Below are positions 26,101 to 41,249 of a DNA stretch of 64,000 nt, one piece after another; position 1 is the first letter of the stretch; every line of letters begins with the position of its first letter. Source of the stretch: Phoronis australis. Lineage: Eukaryota > Animalia > Phoronida. The notes below the pieces were generated by a model that saw only the letters and a list, made by a program, of their open reading frames with translations, searched no databases and was not told where the DNA came from. The position numbers and the translations under genes are program-made. The stretch is from the NCBI GenBank assembly GCA_002633005.1, contig NMRA01000171.1:412762-476761 (forward strand). The letters are read 5' to 3'.

Positions 26101-29100
26101 CCCAGCGGGTTGAGTTTCAGCGGATTGCCACGATTAGGAACTCAGGTTACAGCCAAGTGGTTATCAGTTTGACAGTGATAGCAAGGGGAGACTAAAGTTG
26201 GGGAAGCAATCTTTACAAACTTAAGCAGTTCTAATTGTCTGTGTTCATCTGATAAGCTCAACTAATCAAATAATTATGTTATAACTAGTAATTATGCCTG
26301 GTGTTAACTGATTTAAAAAATACTACTTGCAAACGACTTTCAACAAATGCTGTGAAGAAGATGCCTTTTTATGAACATTATCACCAAAACACTTCAAATG
26401 GAGAAAACAGTTGGCTTTCAAAATCTCCAGCTGATTCAGTAATGTGTTGCTGTAATCTCTGAAGGGCTTAACCACAGCATATTATGGTCGATACAATAAG
26501 TTTGTTTGCCAAGTTTAATGGAGCATGATATAGATCAGATGGTGATATTGGAAGGTTTTCCCAGTAAAGAGGAATGGTACCTAATATTATCCTATTCACC
26601 AACAACCAAATATGGTTGCACTTTCACCAGAAATGAAAACGCCAATAATGTAAATGATTGCAAGGGTCAGTTCTCTGGTGCTTTTTGTTCATGGCAGTTT
26701 GAGCAACCGAAATACTGATGGCATTTGTAGCCAAGCTCACTTCAACTGACACAAACGGCCGATGGGATCATTTTCCTGCAGGGAAACTTGTTATATTAGT
26801 ATGGAAAGTTTCCCTGATATGACTTTCACAGTAGTTGGAGGTGTGACAAAACAATGGGCATCTTTAAATCCATTATGAGACCCTTAAAGTTATGTAGGAA
26901 CTCAATTGAAAGGCCGGCATACATATACAAAGCTATAGATTTTAACTCTAGTCAGAAAAGAATAAATTTCTGAAATCTGTTACTAATTGGGTTAAGCCTT
27001 TTTAAAAAACTAAGCATTAAATGTTCAAGGTGAAATCTCAGAGATGGAGTTATAGTTTTCTAAAATATCATTTCGTTTTCGTTACAAGCAACATTAAAAA
27101 CTTTTCATTACTTCATAATGGTTCCATTTTCATAGGCCCTCATGCAAAAGTGGAACACGTCAAAAACAATTCCTAATCTGGTTTGGAGAACAGTGCAGAC
27201 AGCTTAGTGTCTGAAAGTCTAATATGAATCCCATCGGCCGTTTTCGAGATATACAATTTTATCCAATTTTGGACATTTTTAGGGTCCTACATGACATTAT
27301 TTGATTTACTGAGGTGTTAATGTTATATTTACTGCACACTTTGTATGGTTAAATCCAGGTCACAATTGCTTTTTTGTTAGGTAAAATTAGTCCTATTTGT
27401 AGAAACACGTGCATTCAGGTAGGAGAAAGAATCTTACAAAAACGCAAAGGCACGCAAGAATTCTAGATTACAACTGAAGCACAAGATCACAACAGTTTTG
27501 CCTGAAGTCTACTGAACACAACTGTGCCTTTTACACTTGGTTTTGTCAGGTTTTAAAAAGAGGAGACTTTATTGATTAGCACCACCCGGTGGACATTGTT
27601 TCCCATTGGATCGTGTAAAATTCAAACCATACACGTGGAATGCAGAGCCATTCACAAAGGTCACACAACATGATAGAGACCACTTCTGGAGAGCTCAGGT
27701 CACAGCCTTTTGACCACATGGAACAACATTAAGTGCAGATTGTGAGACAGGTTAAAGCCCTTACTTCCATTCCACCCAAGAAGTGAACTACTAGTATTGA
27801 CTTAGACAGCTTATCGCTGTAAAACTGGTCTCACATGAGAAGTGACATCAGGGTTTGAAATGAACTTCCTTGAAACGGTGTTCAGTGTACTATAAAATGA
27901 TATACCATGAGAGGCCAACTTGTAGAACCAAGTCTCAAGCAATAACTACAACTACCTGTCGGTTCTTTTGAAGCACTAAAATCACCTCCAATTTGGCTAT
28001 AAGGAACAATCTGAGACCAATTTCGTGATAGTATATGTAAGTGGTCTAAAGTAAAAGTTGTTTTTTGTGATGGAAGGCAGGTTTGTCGCCACTTAAATTA
28101 TGTCTGTAACACCACTAATCTGTAACTATATTCTAGTCAAATTATCAACAACCATATCGTTTCAAAGATGAGTCAACTATGTATACCCGACTCTTATTTC
28201 ATTACCAAAACTTCCAGTTGGTTTCAACTTTCTAGTCCATACATTACTGCGGTTTCCAAATGAGCCTAAATCTAGACATCAATCAAGTCCATTGTTTCTA
28301 AGTGTTAAAGTAAAAATGATCCTAACCTCACTTCCAGATGCCAAACAGTTTGAAAATCACCAGTTTATTCTATGATACATATCAATTTATTTTAGCCATA
28401 CAAATTCACTTACAGTACCAGAGGAACATGGATGTAAACTGCGAAGTTATTTCAGACAGGCTTGAGTAGTTAACAGACCTCAAAGTTATAAGCTTTTTTG
28501 ATGATGCGGAGTTATTGAAGTAATCGCAAAACAGTGGTCCAAAAACATGCAGTACAAGTATAATCTAAAAATTTGGAAGAACTTTGTATACGGTTAGATA
28601 GTAAATTCAATAAGTGCTTATAATGAGGTAGAATGATGAATATTTGAAAAAAATCAAACGTCACAACACTGCAGCTGTTATTGACAGTCATCTGTTGATA
28701 ATTCAAAGATAACTATTGTATTCATACTGACTGACCGTCACTCTCCAAAACATCGACACTGACGCAAAAGACCCTTACATTTTTACATTTACTATAAATA
28801 CAATTAATTGTTCTGTTGCATCCACTTATTACAAATAAAAGTTCACAGACGGACAAGATTAGTAGTGGCCCAGAAAACTTGAAACTGAACAGAAAGCAGG
28901 GGCTCAGTAACTCCTTTCTGCTTTCCGTTTTATCAGCACTAACAACCACATACACTGTATGTATGGAGTACAAGTATCAGGTGGTATTCCATCGCCTTAG
29001 TGTAATGGGATCTTCTTGGACTGAATAATTCAGACAGCAGATACTTGATATCCAGGCAAGTAGCTGTGGCTAAAAATAGTGAACATTGTTGAAGCTTTTG

Positions 29101-30582
29101 GTTGAAAATATGCTACAGTGTGAGTACACAATGAATATCTTGTCACTTGTTAACGTACAGATCCAAATCAATTCTGTTCTACTGAAGGTTGTGACAAGCA
29201 TCCGTTGAGAAAATACAGATAAATTCAAAGAATTTAAATCTTCTCGAAATGAAGCCATATTTCAAATTCAGATGAGAATGTTCCAGTTCTATTGAATAAT
29301 AGTGGTCCACTTTTTCCTATTTGTTTCTTTGGAAAACCAGGGTTTGCGAAATAAACCGAGTAGCCATATTTAGCATTTGAGCAACTGCCGGCGTGCGAAT
29401 TTAATTAACCTGAATCTGTTGGATTCCGTTTCTATTCCCATTAGAAGGGAATTTCACCTGATTACGGGGAATGCTGAAGTTCTCACTGATAACTGTGATC
29501 ATCAACTCCTAACTTAATGACACAACCCTTTCATTAAATATTTGGAATTAATTTACAGCATTTCGCTAAAATTTTGATTTCTATAGGATGACAATTGACT
29601 TATTGAAATTAGTATTTGAAACAATTCTTATGTCAAACAAAAGTTTGTTTTAAAAGTGCCCTGGGGTTAGAGTTCAGCAAAAGAATAGAATGCATCAAAT
29701 AAACAATATTCCAAAGATTCGTCAATTCACTAAAATTTGCACATTTTGGCGGCACTGCAAAAAATGATTGCATTGCATTGTGGTTTGGGATACAATGGCT
29801 TGCTTGAGCGTCAACTTTAACAACGTAAATGTGAAAGCGTGCTTTTCCAAACATGCAGAACCAAAGTAGTTTGGACACAACACCTCATTACCAAGCATAA
29901 TGACAAATTGGTGCAAGTAGTGAATCGATCAGTGACTTAAATTCTGCTACTGCAGCAGTCAATTTACTGCTGTGAACCGAGCGTTCAGATTACGCCTCGG
30001 GACTAAATTATACGACAGTTGGTAATCCCCTGTTTTCACGAGGAGTAATATTACAACCAGACCTAAACTTTCCTCCAGTAACAAAGGCCCAGTGACTGCC
30101 TGGATTCAACTGTTACGTGAGTACAAGCTATTAGACGAACCAAATCACAAATGCATTCACTTAATTATATGAAGTATTGAAATACATATAGTTAATGGAA
30201 ACCAGCAAATATTAGATTGAAAATACTGAATGGTAATTGGTTCTACTCAATGCTTTGAAAATCGATGTGGTATGTTCAAGCAGTTCACATTTTCAAACAG
30301 AAGAAAACACCGGATGCCAGGTGAAATGGATCAGGATCCGTGTTTTTTTCATCATCACCTTAATCCAACTGAAATTGATAAGATTCTCACTCTTTTACCC
30401 AGCACCACCTGACATCAGCTTTGAGGAGCAGCTTTCAAAATGAACCTCAGGCAGACCAGACCCAACTACGCTATTTTTTGGCCTCAACAAGCCCATCACT
30501 AGTTGATGTCTTTTTTCCAGAAAATGAGAACAGAACACAAGGCATAACTCTTCAGCGTTTTACATATAAAAATGTTACTTAC

Positions 30583-30732
30583 CTGGGTGATTTGGTATAT
30601 TTTCTAGCATTGGTAACGTACGCTGTTACCATGGCAAGACGCTGCTTGTGGTTGACATCCAGGGTAATCTGCCATTGTTTGGGGTCAACTGGCCTAGCAT
30701 CAAGCACACGTAAACCAAACTTTGTTTTGATC
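30583..30732 (-). CDS. TMEM132: TMEM132-family gene, coding exon 3
   Basis: Acceptor TTTTCTGTGTTAG and donor AG|GTAAGT; 150 nt, phase 2-2; encodes (R)IKTKFGLRVLDARPVDPKQWQITLDV... Confidence 0.85.
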
Positions 30733-31275
30733 CTAACACAGAAAAGTGTATCCAAGTCAGAGCGAGAATCTGGCACTAGATAGAAAAGACCTGGCAATCA
30801 TTTATTGGAAGTATTGTGAAACGTGTTTTCAAAAACATTTCAGTGTGTAGAAACCCTGATTTCCATTTTCCAAAACAAAGAAATTCGTTTTTAATTAGCA
30901 ATTAACAAATTCCATTTCTTACTGTTAAAATTTGTAACTAAGTAAGTTCTGCTACGATTTCAAAGAGATAAACCAAATGGAATTGTCTTACTTTTCCAGC
31001 TGAATTATGCAGCAGACTACACATAACTTGCTCCATGATTATTATCTGTAGTTTTATCAAAACTGCAAAAAGAATGCTCACGAGCTTAACCTTCAGCAAG
31101 AATGAACTGCTGTAAAACCACCAGTGGTCAGTTTCGGGTTGGATTAGTGGAATTTGATGAATTATACTCTTAATTTTTCTTAATACAAAAAGAAAAAAAT
31201 TACAATTGTCATATCTAATACCTGGGCTTCGGTCGCACCTATCATTTGTATGTGTGTTGATTCTAAGTCACTCAC

Positions 31276-32029
31276 CTGACAACAAAATGCTGTAGGTCTG
31301 ACTCTGCCTGCAGCTTGACAGGAATACTGAAGCGAGACTCTGGGAAGACATGTTTTGTCGGAACGTCTATCAGAATATGCTGGTCTTCTCGGATCTCACG
31401 GTACTCCTTCACCAGTCCCTCACTGACCAATGACACGCTGCCTAAGTATTGTCTACTATGTGACTTCCGCGGCCAAACGAGGTTTGAATTTTCAGAACAT
31501 TCAAACGCGTGGTTTACAGGATACACACGAAAGTGTAAGCTAGCTTTTGGTTTATTCCACCAATAAGGGGGGAGATGAACGGTCGACAAACAGGTGTTGT
31601 CATGATTGCTAAGTATACAAGTAGCGCTAGCAACCAACTTGTCTCTTTGTACATCCATGCGAAAACACCACTGATGAAGTTGTTGGTAAGGTGGAGTCCG
31701 CTTGTTGTTTTTTCCTACATTCACAATTGACAGATGACAGAGAGTTGAGACCGTGGGATCTCTACTGCTGATGACAGAAGATATCACATGAGCGCTGAAA
31801 TCATATTGTCCCAGACGATAACTTGAAGTGGACTGGGAATGGTTGCCACTTATGACATCACGGGAGAAGAAGGGACCAAGGCGGGCTTCCAAAACACTGC
31901 TGTCCTGAGACCGCGGGATGTAGACTACATGGCTGGCTTTAAGCGGATTGGACAACTTGTCAGAAAGGGGTCGAAGGAAGTACCCCCTACCGGGGGACTC
32001 AAACCTAACATCTAAACTCCATGTTGAAT
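31276..32029 (-). CDS. TMEM132: TMEM132-family gene, coding exon 2 (large N-terminal exon)
   Basis: Acceptor TTTCAG at 32030; 754-nt open frame including ORF 31272..31955 (LEARLGPF, C...C..LPPYWW, YLGSVSL, PESRFSIPVKL), resembling the TMEM132 N-terminal region; donor AG|GTGAGT. Confidence 0.88.
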
Positions 32030-32064
32030 CTGAAACATAAAGGAAACAATGTACATTATGTAAT

Positions 32065-32660
32065 TAGAGAGCAGACCATTGAAATGCACCCACGACTGCA
32101 CAGCGCCAATATATTTCTAAGCGTGTTTATTACTACCATGATACAGCATATACATACTTTGAGGGGTGACACTTGCAGAAATAGAATGAGGTAGACAGCG
32201 AAACCAAGAACATCAACAACTACGATCCTTATTTCACCAACGCACAGTCAATGATAAACAATGATGATCCTTCGAGCAGTTTGGCAAATAGAGGCAGATG
32301 CCAAAAACAAGCAAAAATGATAAAAATGGACACAAGAGAGAAACAGATTACGTAGAATTCGTCTGAAAATGGCAAAAATTTTAATGTTGATGTCTCCATA
32401 ACAAAAATCGATCCACCAAATTTCATGAATATCCATTAAGGAACTTGGTTGATATAGAGGCTAATGTAAAAAAATAAAACTGCCACTAGAGGACACTGTG
32501 GTAATCAAATTTGTATAAAATTTTTCTTGTGGCTTCCCATCCATGACAGGAATATGTCTGCAAAATTCACAAAACATCAAGGTGTTCTGGAGATACTGCA
32601 GTGGACACCGAATGGACACTGGATGGCATAATGCATTCACAAATACATGTAGGTGTATAA
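32065..32660 (+). mobile_element. Degenerate second copy of the same HINE-like family
   Basis: TTGAAATGCACCCAC resembles the 5' end of the first copy; ACCAAATTTCATGAATATCCATTAAGGA and TGCCACTAGAGG match internal units; decayed terminal hairpin GCATAATGCATTCACA...TGTAGGTGTATAA. Confidence 0.6.
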
Positions 32661-34815
32661 CCACTGTTTTGCAATCTCCTAAAAATGCAAATGCAAACAA
32701 AACAAAGTGCGATACATTTTCCTTATAACTTAAATTTAAGTACCACTCCAGCCAACTCATTGTTCTACTGTATATGAAAACTTCATCATTCAGTTGTAGT
32801 ACAGCAGTTTCCAAGAAATTCCCAATATAGCTAAACAAAACCTGGAAACATATGACCCCAGACTAAACAAACAAAAAATATTGCTTGGAGATCTTCAGAA
32901 ACACATTTACATTGGGTTCTACACTACATAAACTGAAAAAAGCTGTATTGGACATGTACAGCCTCTGCCCATTAATGACCAAACAGTATTTGGGGCATTG
33001 CCATAAAATGGGTTCTCTCGTAACTTTTTGGTTTTGAGAGGCATCTTCTTGTCAAAATAAGTAATTGTAAGAATTCGTAAGTTTATATTAAAGACAAAAA
33101 ATAGATTTGATTTTAATTCAAACTTATGAAGGATTTTGATACTCTAAAGAATTGTTTTTCAATTCGTATTATGAAATAAAGCATATGAGCATGTATCTGA
33201 AATTACGTTTTTCAAGGAAAATTGGTTACTCAAGTGCTTCACTTACAATGTGTATGTGCTCAAGTTTCAATTTTTGGCACAGATGTTGGGAGGGGACAAT
33301 GTTCACAGTATAAAATTATCAATTTCACAATTCGTGGCTTTTTGTTTCGCCACGATAAATTCTCCAGGAAGCCTGCACTTCAATTCTTCACTCCCAACCC
33401 AAACCATCATGTAATGACTCAAAAATATGCTTCAGACTCCACCGAGGTTGGCCTTTCCAGAATTTGAAATTAGCACTGCCTGCAACTTGAGTTGTTGCTG
33501 GCTCATTTGGCAATAATTCAAGATCGGACCAGCATAGTGGTGTTTTTAAACTCCAAAGGACTTCGGTTAAGAACTCAACGTTGACAGTGAAACACCGCTG
33601 AAATGTAGCTTGAATCCTTTTAATTAACCTTCGCAGTAATAATGCCAAGTTTTCAATACATGAATCCAATTCCAATATGTTATACATATATTGCCGTTAT
33701 AAATCATTTATTAATCAATACGTGACACTTTTATTTTATTTATGAAAGAAATTGCAGTCATGGTGGTCAAAAAGCATCCTACATTCTGCAGCAGTTAACA
33801 TCCGCTGCCATTTCCAGTGAGGCTGCACATGCAGCAGTGACTGACAATCAATTTAGAAAAATGGACCGATAGGTGATGCATCATCTACTGATAAGTAATT
33901 TTGGGTATAATGCCCTATCAGGCATTTTTGTCCTATGGATACCCACTCGAATAAGTTTTTTAAGCTTAAAAGCTTTGTAGCTTCATGATGATTAGGTAAA
34001 CAAAAGTGGTGATATCCAATAAGCATAAACACGGTAAAGCTTTTGTTTTTCATCCCTTGGTATGTAATGTCTTGTTTGCAAAGGTATTGCATGTCAGGGT
34101 TTTGAATGTGCTGCAGCACCTCCCTACCCTGCATTACCAGAAGAGAACCATCAGGCAATATGATTAATCTTGTTAATTAGATTTCCGATAAGCTCAATTA
34201 ACCACAAGCCTTGAAGTGTAGCACAAAAAGTGGGTAGTCATTCTTCCAATCTAATTACAATACCCAGAGGAATAAGGATAACTTACTGACTCCTCTTATT
34301 TTGTGAGTGAACATTTTAATGTTTACTGTCAACATGATGTATTTAGCACTACATACTTTGAAGCACTATTGGCACACAAATGAAAATCCTTGTTTTAACC
34401 ATTTTTGTCCGGAATTTGAAGTAACTGGGTCTACAAGATTTTATGAGTTTTCACATTTTTTCAACAATCTAGTTTTATTTTAAACTGACAAAAAATTTGG
34501 TAAAAGTAGGTTGTATGACCATGGATTTTCTGGGGACACCAGTTACTTAATTTTTCCTCAATTGTTGTTAGAGAATTGTAAGTAGTTCACATGACTTTAC
34601 AGGATATTTTGTACCCAGATCAAAGATGATGATTTGTTTCAATATCCCAGATAAAAGTCATTTAATTTTAAAGTTAACGGCATCAGACAAGACATATATG
34701 TAGTCAGTAAAGAATAAAAAGACGTCATCTAGGTTAAAATTTGTTGACTTTTCCAATGTGAGACTGTGTAGTAAAAATCAGACTTAACGCTTTCACTGCC
34801 AATTTTTATCTGCAC

Positions 34816-35840
34816 CAGGCCTTCATGCAGCGTATGTCCTGGGCGTCCATTTGGACGCCCTAGCACTAACGTAGACGCCCTGGCAAGGACGCCCAATGTA
34901 TCATTTGGACGCCCTGTCAATCAGAATTTCTCCAGTTTGGACACCCACATTGAAAGATTTCTAAGACTCCCAGTTAATCAAAGGGGAAGTTGGCCCTTTC
35001 AACTCCGAAAGAAATATACAAAGTATTTAAAATGTTGCAATATTCAAACTATTTGGTAGACCTGTCAATCATCAGCACGTGGTTGGTTGCCAGAGTGTCT
35101 GCTTTCAAAAGACTCACATGCCACTGCCATTCTGTACTCTATATAGGGACATGGACCTTGCTTAACTCCAAACTGGTGTTTCAGAGCTGTAATTTCATGT
35201 ACTTCATCTTTTTTAAAAATACCAAAAGCAAAATAAATGTCATTATTTTAATAATATGATGTGCCGCAAGAATATCCCCATTTAAAATGTTTGAGTTTTC
35301 GCCTGTTTCATGCTTTTCTATGTGCGTCTAAAATGGAGCAGCAGTGACACCTGTTGTCAAAATATAAACCACACATCATCTGTGCATTTTTCTTTTGTTG
35401 GTAACTGCAGCTTTGATGACTCATTGTACAGAATATAAAGCTAGTGAAGTTGATATAATAAACTTTATAACAGAATTTGACTTGAGATGACCAAAAACAG
35501 TGCACTCATCGTTCAACCAATATCTGTAATATCTGTAATACCCGTTTGGTAAGCTATTTGGCTGTTTTCGTAAATTTAAACATAAAAGTCTTGATCAACA
35601 GTGTTTTAGTACTTAAAACAGCCCAATACAAGGGAGCTGTTTTTGTAAACTTAGGTGTAAAAGCCTTGTTCAACGCATTTTTTAATTGTAAAAAAACCTC
35701 ACTGTGTGTGTTTGGGGGGGGTTACTGGTGAATGGGGTGGGGAGGGGGGTGGGTAATGCGGCGTTGGAATCATGGATGCCCTGGAATATTGGGAACCCCA
35801 TTTTGGACACCCTATGTTCGAAATCCTAGATGAAGCCCTG
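34816..35840. mobile_element. hAT-type non-autonomous DNA transposon (MITE)
   Basis: Imperfect TIRs CAGGCCTTCATGCAG / CTAGATGAAGCCCTG; perfect 8-bp TSD ATCTGCAC at 34808-34815 and 35841-35848; subterminal GGACGCCC-like repeats. Confidence 0.85.
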
Positions 35841-37874
35841 ATCTGCACTACTCAAAGCCAAATATAGGACATTGAGTGCAATCAGTAAAAAGGCTATGAA
35901 ATTAATACAAGTAGGCATATAGTTATGAAACTTTCAGGGTGAAATGCACACACATTTTATGGTATTCTAAAACCTATGACATCATATGTTGAGATAGGTA
36001 TTTGTTAGACAGAGTATTCAAAATTTCAGATGAAAAAACACTATGGTTCTACATTCCTCCAGCAGCCTCAGTACGTACTTCATCTCTTATCTCAGAATTA
36101 AAACACATTTATCACGATTCAGAATTGTTAAACCTTGACGATGGAGAGCCTGGAGGCCACTGCATCAATTGCAATTAGACGCATAAGCGATCTACAGAAA
36201 TTTCTTCAAAAAGAGCAAAAAAATTGTAAAAAGACTTTCGCTCTGGAATTCGCACCACTGTCTTCCTGTCGTCTGATAATGTCGTTAGACTTACGTTTTC
36301 TCTCACGAAAATTAGGATTAACTAGGTCAAGAACGGGCACACATCCAACACGCTGATCAACACATTTGGCAGTGAATGGGTAGCTCGTCAAATGGTGCAC
36401 TTGACAGTGAAATAGCTTTAGAGATCCTAAATAAGTTTTCTATCATTACCATTTACACACATGACTTAAGTTCATATAATTAAGTTCATAAAAAGAACAC
36501 ACTTTTTTGAAATACCTTATGTAAATATCTGCAGATGTAGCCAACTAGCAAGCAGTGTCTGACTGCAGATGGTGCAGTTGAAAAGTTACACATAAGAGAC
36601 TACAGAAACAATGTTGAAGATGAATAGTTCTTACACAATACAAGTAAACCCCTGGTATGATACACAGAACAGCAATACATACACACAACCTACCGAGAGT
36701 GGCGCAGATGAAGTAATATACCATAAGACATTATTCTGCATATCGACCAAGACTGAAGTGGGATATTACTTCATCAACGACAATTGAGGTGCTTTTTGTA
36801 TTTATCCCGTACGCTTCAAATTCCTAAGTTTCTTTCATTTTTTGGCAGATTATTCAAATACTTCACTCAGACTGTTCACGTGGCGGATCACATCCTATAT
36901 GTGTGTACTTGCACTTTAGGTTACAAGTTTTCTCTTGTAAAAGAAAGAGTTTTAAAAGTAATGATTTATTACTTGAACAGAGAAAACAAAGATGTAAAAA
37001 AGGGAACTGTGCATTGTACTTATACCATTACCTTAAAATACTTAAATAACAGCAACATTTAAAATTGGAATTACCAAGGAAACGGCCCCTGAATTGGACA
37101 CAATATAATACTGAGCATATAAAACTGAGACAGAAGTGTCATATAATTAACAGTTTTGTACCAGATGTTACGTTTGGGACCTGATTGCATGTTGAGTATT
37201 ATTTACATTTTGGGAGAGTTTGATGATTGAACTGGCTAACGGCATGGAGTCGACATTGACCTACCTTTTGAACTTTCCATATCAGAGGGCACTGTTAAAG
37301 TAGTCCCAGGAGTGCCATGCGGAAAACAATATCACAAAGCCCTATTGCACTCGACTTATTCAACACGTACGAGATAAACAACAAACCTGCTTGATTTTTC
37401 TTTCCTTCGGTAAAGAATCTTCAATTTAGGACAAAATAGCTAAAACTGCTATATTTCTATTTTCATACATTATTGCATATGCTAAAGAATTTAAAACATT
37501 TTACAAAATGTTGTTTGGTAATAGCTAACCCACAGAAGCCATGCTTAAAGCAAAGTAAATTGTCCTGATAAATATTTTTGTTGAGAAATTTGACAAAATG
37601 AAATTTCACCTGTCTGTCATATTGTGTCCTATAATGAAAACTTTCTACCATTCAGTAAAGAAAAAACAAACACAAGTTTAATGCTATTATTTACGGCTGG
37701 TATGAAAACCATGATTACATAACCATGCATTTTAACGGCTGGCATCACATAATCATGTAATTTAACGGGTATCCCCCGATTCATACCAAAAAAATAAATA
37801 GTGATTATCACCAAGGAATTGGTTCTGAAACTTTTATTTTGATGGGTGGCAAGCTATGAGTAATACTAAATTTA

Positions 37875-38186
37875 CAGTGGTGGACTTAGGGGAGGGGCAA
37901 GGGGGCCATGGCCCCCCTAAAATTCTACCAGATACCATTTGGCAGTTCGGGCGCGAATTGCTGACGAGCACATGTGCGCAACCAGTGGGGCTCGGGGGGT
38001 GAATAAACAATGCATAGGCTCTGTACAAACCCCGTTTACGTTTTTTTTTTTAGTCAAAAGGTCCGCAAACCCAAAAATTCGAGACCCCAGTATCCCTACA
38101 TTTTAGGCTAGGCATGCGCATTGGCCAAAATTCTGGTTATTCCTGTGTCCTATCCCCCCTAACTCAAAATCCTGGATCCGCACCTG
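37875..38186. mobile_element. Short MITE with CAGTGG(C/T)GGA-type termini
   Basis: CAGTGGTGGACTTAGG ... CCTGGATCCGCACCTG imperfect TIRs, G-rich subterminal tract, ATTTA on both flanks. Confidence 0.6.
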
Positions 38187-39280
38187 ATTTAGACTTGAAT
38201 TTGGATGTTCCAAATTTTCGGAACCATCAATTTTTACTGAAGTTATACAAATATGAAGCTAGTGACATGATAAGTAACATAACTGCCAATGGACATTTTT
38301 GGCATGTGCTCATGTAAATCAGATTGAAATTTCAAAAAACATTGAATGATAGAAAGTATATTGACAAGCTGTTAGATTTTGTTATGTTTCGTGATTTTCA
38401 TATTACAGTAAAAATTCTACAATTTGGGACAACTCTGATTTGGGACACAGAAATTCAAGTAGAAATTGTTTTTTTTTGACTGTTTAGGTAGGGACTGCAT
38501 GGGGCACAGTCAACTTTGGTGTTTATCGGTTCTCAAATTTCTGACACTGTGATTTGTATTGACAGATTCTGAAAAAAGACTTGGCAATTCATAAAATTGT
38601 CTAAAATAGCTGCCAACACATGCCTCCCTATTGTTGTAACATCAACATGAATGATTGTTTGTCATCATTCTTGAATTTGGGATGAGGAATAGTGCCTATT
38701 TCTAAAACTTGGTTCAAGGTCTGACCTTGAGCAAGAATAATTATTTTTTCACAGTGCCACACTAGAGGATTTTTTACCTTAATACAATTGAACAGTTTTC
38801 TACAGCGCCCACACTTAATTTTCAGTTGGCAAGTTAGCCGGGCTGAGGACGATCAACAGCCACCAAATCTAGCCATGTGCAGTGAGTGACTCGGTAGATC
38901 AACCATAACTGAAAAGCTAACTTAAATGATCCCGATCTCAAGCAATAACCAAGTGGTGGCTGTTAATGTTATTAACCAAGCTCAAACATCCAGCTTAATG
39001 AAATACAAGTTCAGCCAAGTTTTATAGCAAAAAGTAACAAAAGTGTCCCAGTGTCTTCATACATAGTTTCCTCCACACATATTTCCGAAAAATAATCAAA
39101 TCTCGCTTTAGCAAAAGTGTGAAAATAACTTCTAGACTGCCAGGTTTGATGATAATAAAGAAAAATCGGCAACAGCCGATAAAACCAAGCCAGAAATAAC
39201 TTCACGAGTTTTTGAAAACCGGAAGTATGTCAGGCCAAGCAGATCGCTAACTGTCTCGGAAAACGGAAAACATGACTTAC

Positions 39281-39338
39281 CACAGGATGCTACTATGAGC
39301 GCGAGCAGAAGCCACAATTTATTATCTACAGTAGCCAT
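39281..39338 (-). CDS. TMEM132: TMEM132-family gene, coding exon 1 (signal peptide MATVDNKLWLLLALIVASC)
   Basis: ATG in good context (GGG ATG G) at 39338; hydrophobic signal-like stretch; donor G|GTAAGT at 39281/39280; phase 1 joins exon 2 in frame (G+AT=Asp). Confidence 0.8.
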
Positions 39339-41249
39339 CCCCGACCACACGAGATTTTCAACGTTTAGGCATTCTGATCACGTTCCAATGGCACTATTGC
39401 TACATAACACTAGCATTAAGGTTCAACCACATCGCCTTCCTTCCAAAAACACTGTAATCCAAGGAATCTTTTCACTGACTGACCGCAGGACTACTTTCGT
39501 TCTGTTTCGACGTTCCTACGCATGGATAAATTACCAACAGACGGATGCACAGATAAATTGAGCCTTCGTGCAGAGATGTATTGATTTTATGCTATAGAAA
39601 GGATCTTTGCGTTGGTACGCATGCATAACCTACTGCTGTGGCATGTTAGAGTTTGTCAGACTGGACGGCAATCAACGTGGGATCATTTTCAGCTAAAATA
39701 AAACCGGTCGATACGTTGCTTGAACCTTTCAGTTCAGTTTCAAAACTAATAATGCCTCTTTCCGTAAGGCGCGGAGCTCTTGCACTCACGGTTTTGTCGA
39801 TGGTCTATTTGGGCATGGAAATCATTATTTATCAGTAGAAAGGTTTGAGGTACACATTTTCTGAGGTTGAGTTGTACAGTTAACCACTTGAGTTCCTCTC
39901 CCTGACTGAGCTCAGACCATCATACGCGGAATCACCCAAGAGTCGGAAGGGAAGGCTATTTTAGAGTGAGTTCCAGAAGTTATGATTTGTGTTTTTCATT
40001 CACATCTGGTTATAACACTAATAGTCTTATAAACGCTACACACAAGCAATTATCTTGGGCCTCTGCACGTATACATATAATGAGTATATACATATATTAA
40101 TATTTACTGGTAAGGTACAGGTCAAATAAATACATATAGCCAGGGACGCCTCAAGGTTTGTCGGACCCATGCAAGACGTGTCGTAACAATCGTGCTTTCT
40201 GAATTTTTGATTTTTTCCGTTTATCATACGGGTGCAAAAAATATCCCCTACATGAATTTTTTCCTCGCAGCTGGAAAACACTTCAATGAACCCACAGAGG
40301 TAATTCCAATGGAGTGGAAATTATTAGCCTCGTTGGAATTATTTAACAAAATTTGAATAATTTCAACTGATGTTAAAAATATTGGCTGCGGTTGGAAAGC
40401 AATCAACCACATTGGAAACGACTGCAGGTACATGTTCCTATGCAGTATGGAGTTATTTTCACTTGCACGGGGTGAACGAGTCAAAAATGAGAAATGTTTG
40501 TAACTGCACTTGTTCTCAAGTTAATAGTGCATGCCCCTGATGGATGAGCTATCGTAAGGTCCGCATTTTGCCTCATCAATGTACTGCTCACTCAACACCG
40601 ACGTTCTTCAGCTTCTGGTTCTCTACATTGCAAATACATCAGTACTCATGTGAACAACTGGTGGATATTGGTCCTGAATGCTGACGTGAAGATGAAAGGC
40701 ACAATCTGAGTGTGAAAATGGGAAAATTGCTCGCACTGTTCTTGTGGAAACTTTCAACTTTGTCTGCTACAGTCTCTTCTGTGCCAGTTTTTGAGACTTT
40801 CTTTTGCGTGCGAGGTCCTACTGTCGATGAACTTCACGATTGTCCCGTTGTGTACGACTGTCCAAATTTGCGTGAATGTATATCCCTCGCACTAATAAAA
40901 GGAAATTTGGTTGAAGTCTACGGCACAGAACTTGGACCACAGAAACTACTCTACTTGGCCATTATTTCGCTTATCCAATGTAAGCAATTTCAGTACGTTG
41001 GAGGGTAAAATTCAAATATAAAAGAATTATTAACAGTTGGCCATGTAGTCTTCGGAGCCGGTCTCTGCCAAGTGACACAACAGTTTTTGGGTCTAACCTT
41101 GACGGTGTAAATGGACAAAACAGTGACTTCACCAACCGAAGTGTAAACTTTTCTGTTTCATTTTTCCAAATAATCCACTTACAGTAACAGGGCTGCGTTC
41201 GGTAGGAGCGAGAAACTCAGGGCAACGGAAGACCTTGCAACTACACAAG

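Noticed and set aside
2564-32195. let-7 seed matches on the minus strand (TGAGGTAG on + at about 2564, 28624 and 32187)
   Set aside because: All fall in TMEM132 introns, not in mature mRNA, and no precursor hairpins were evident.
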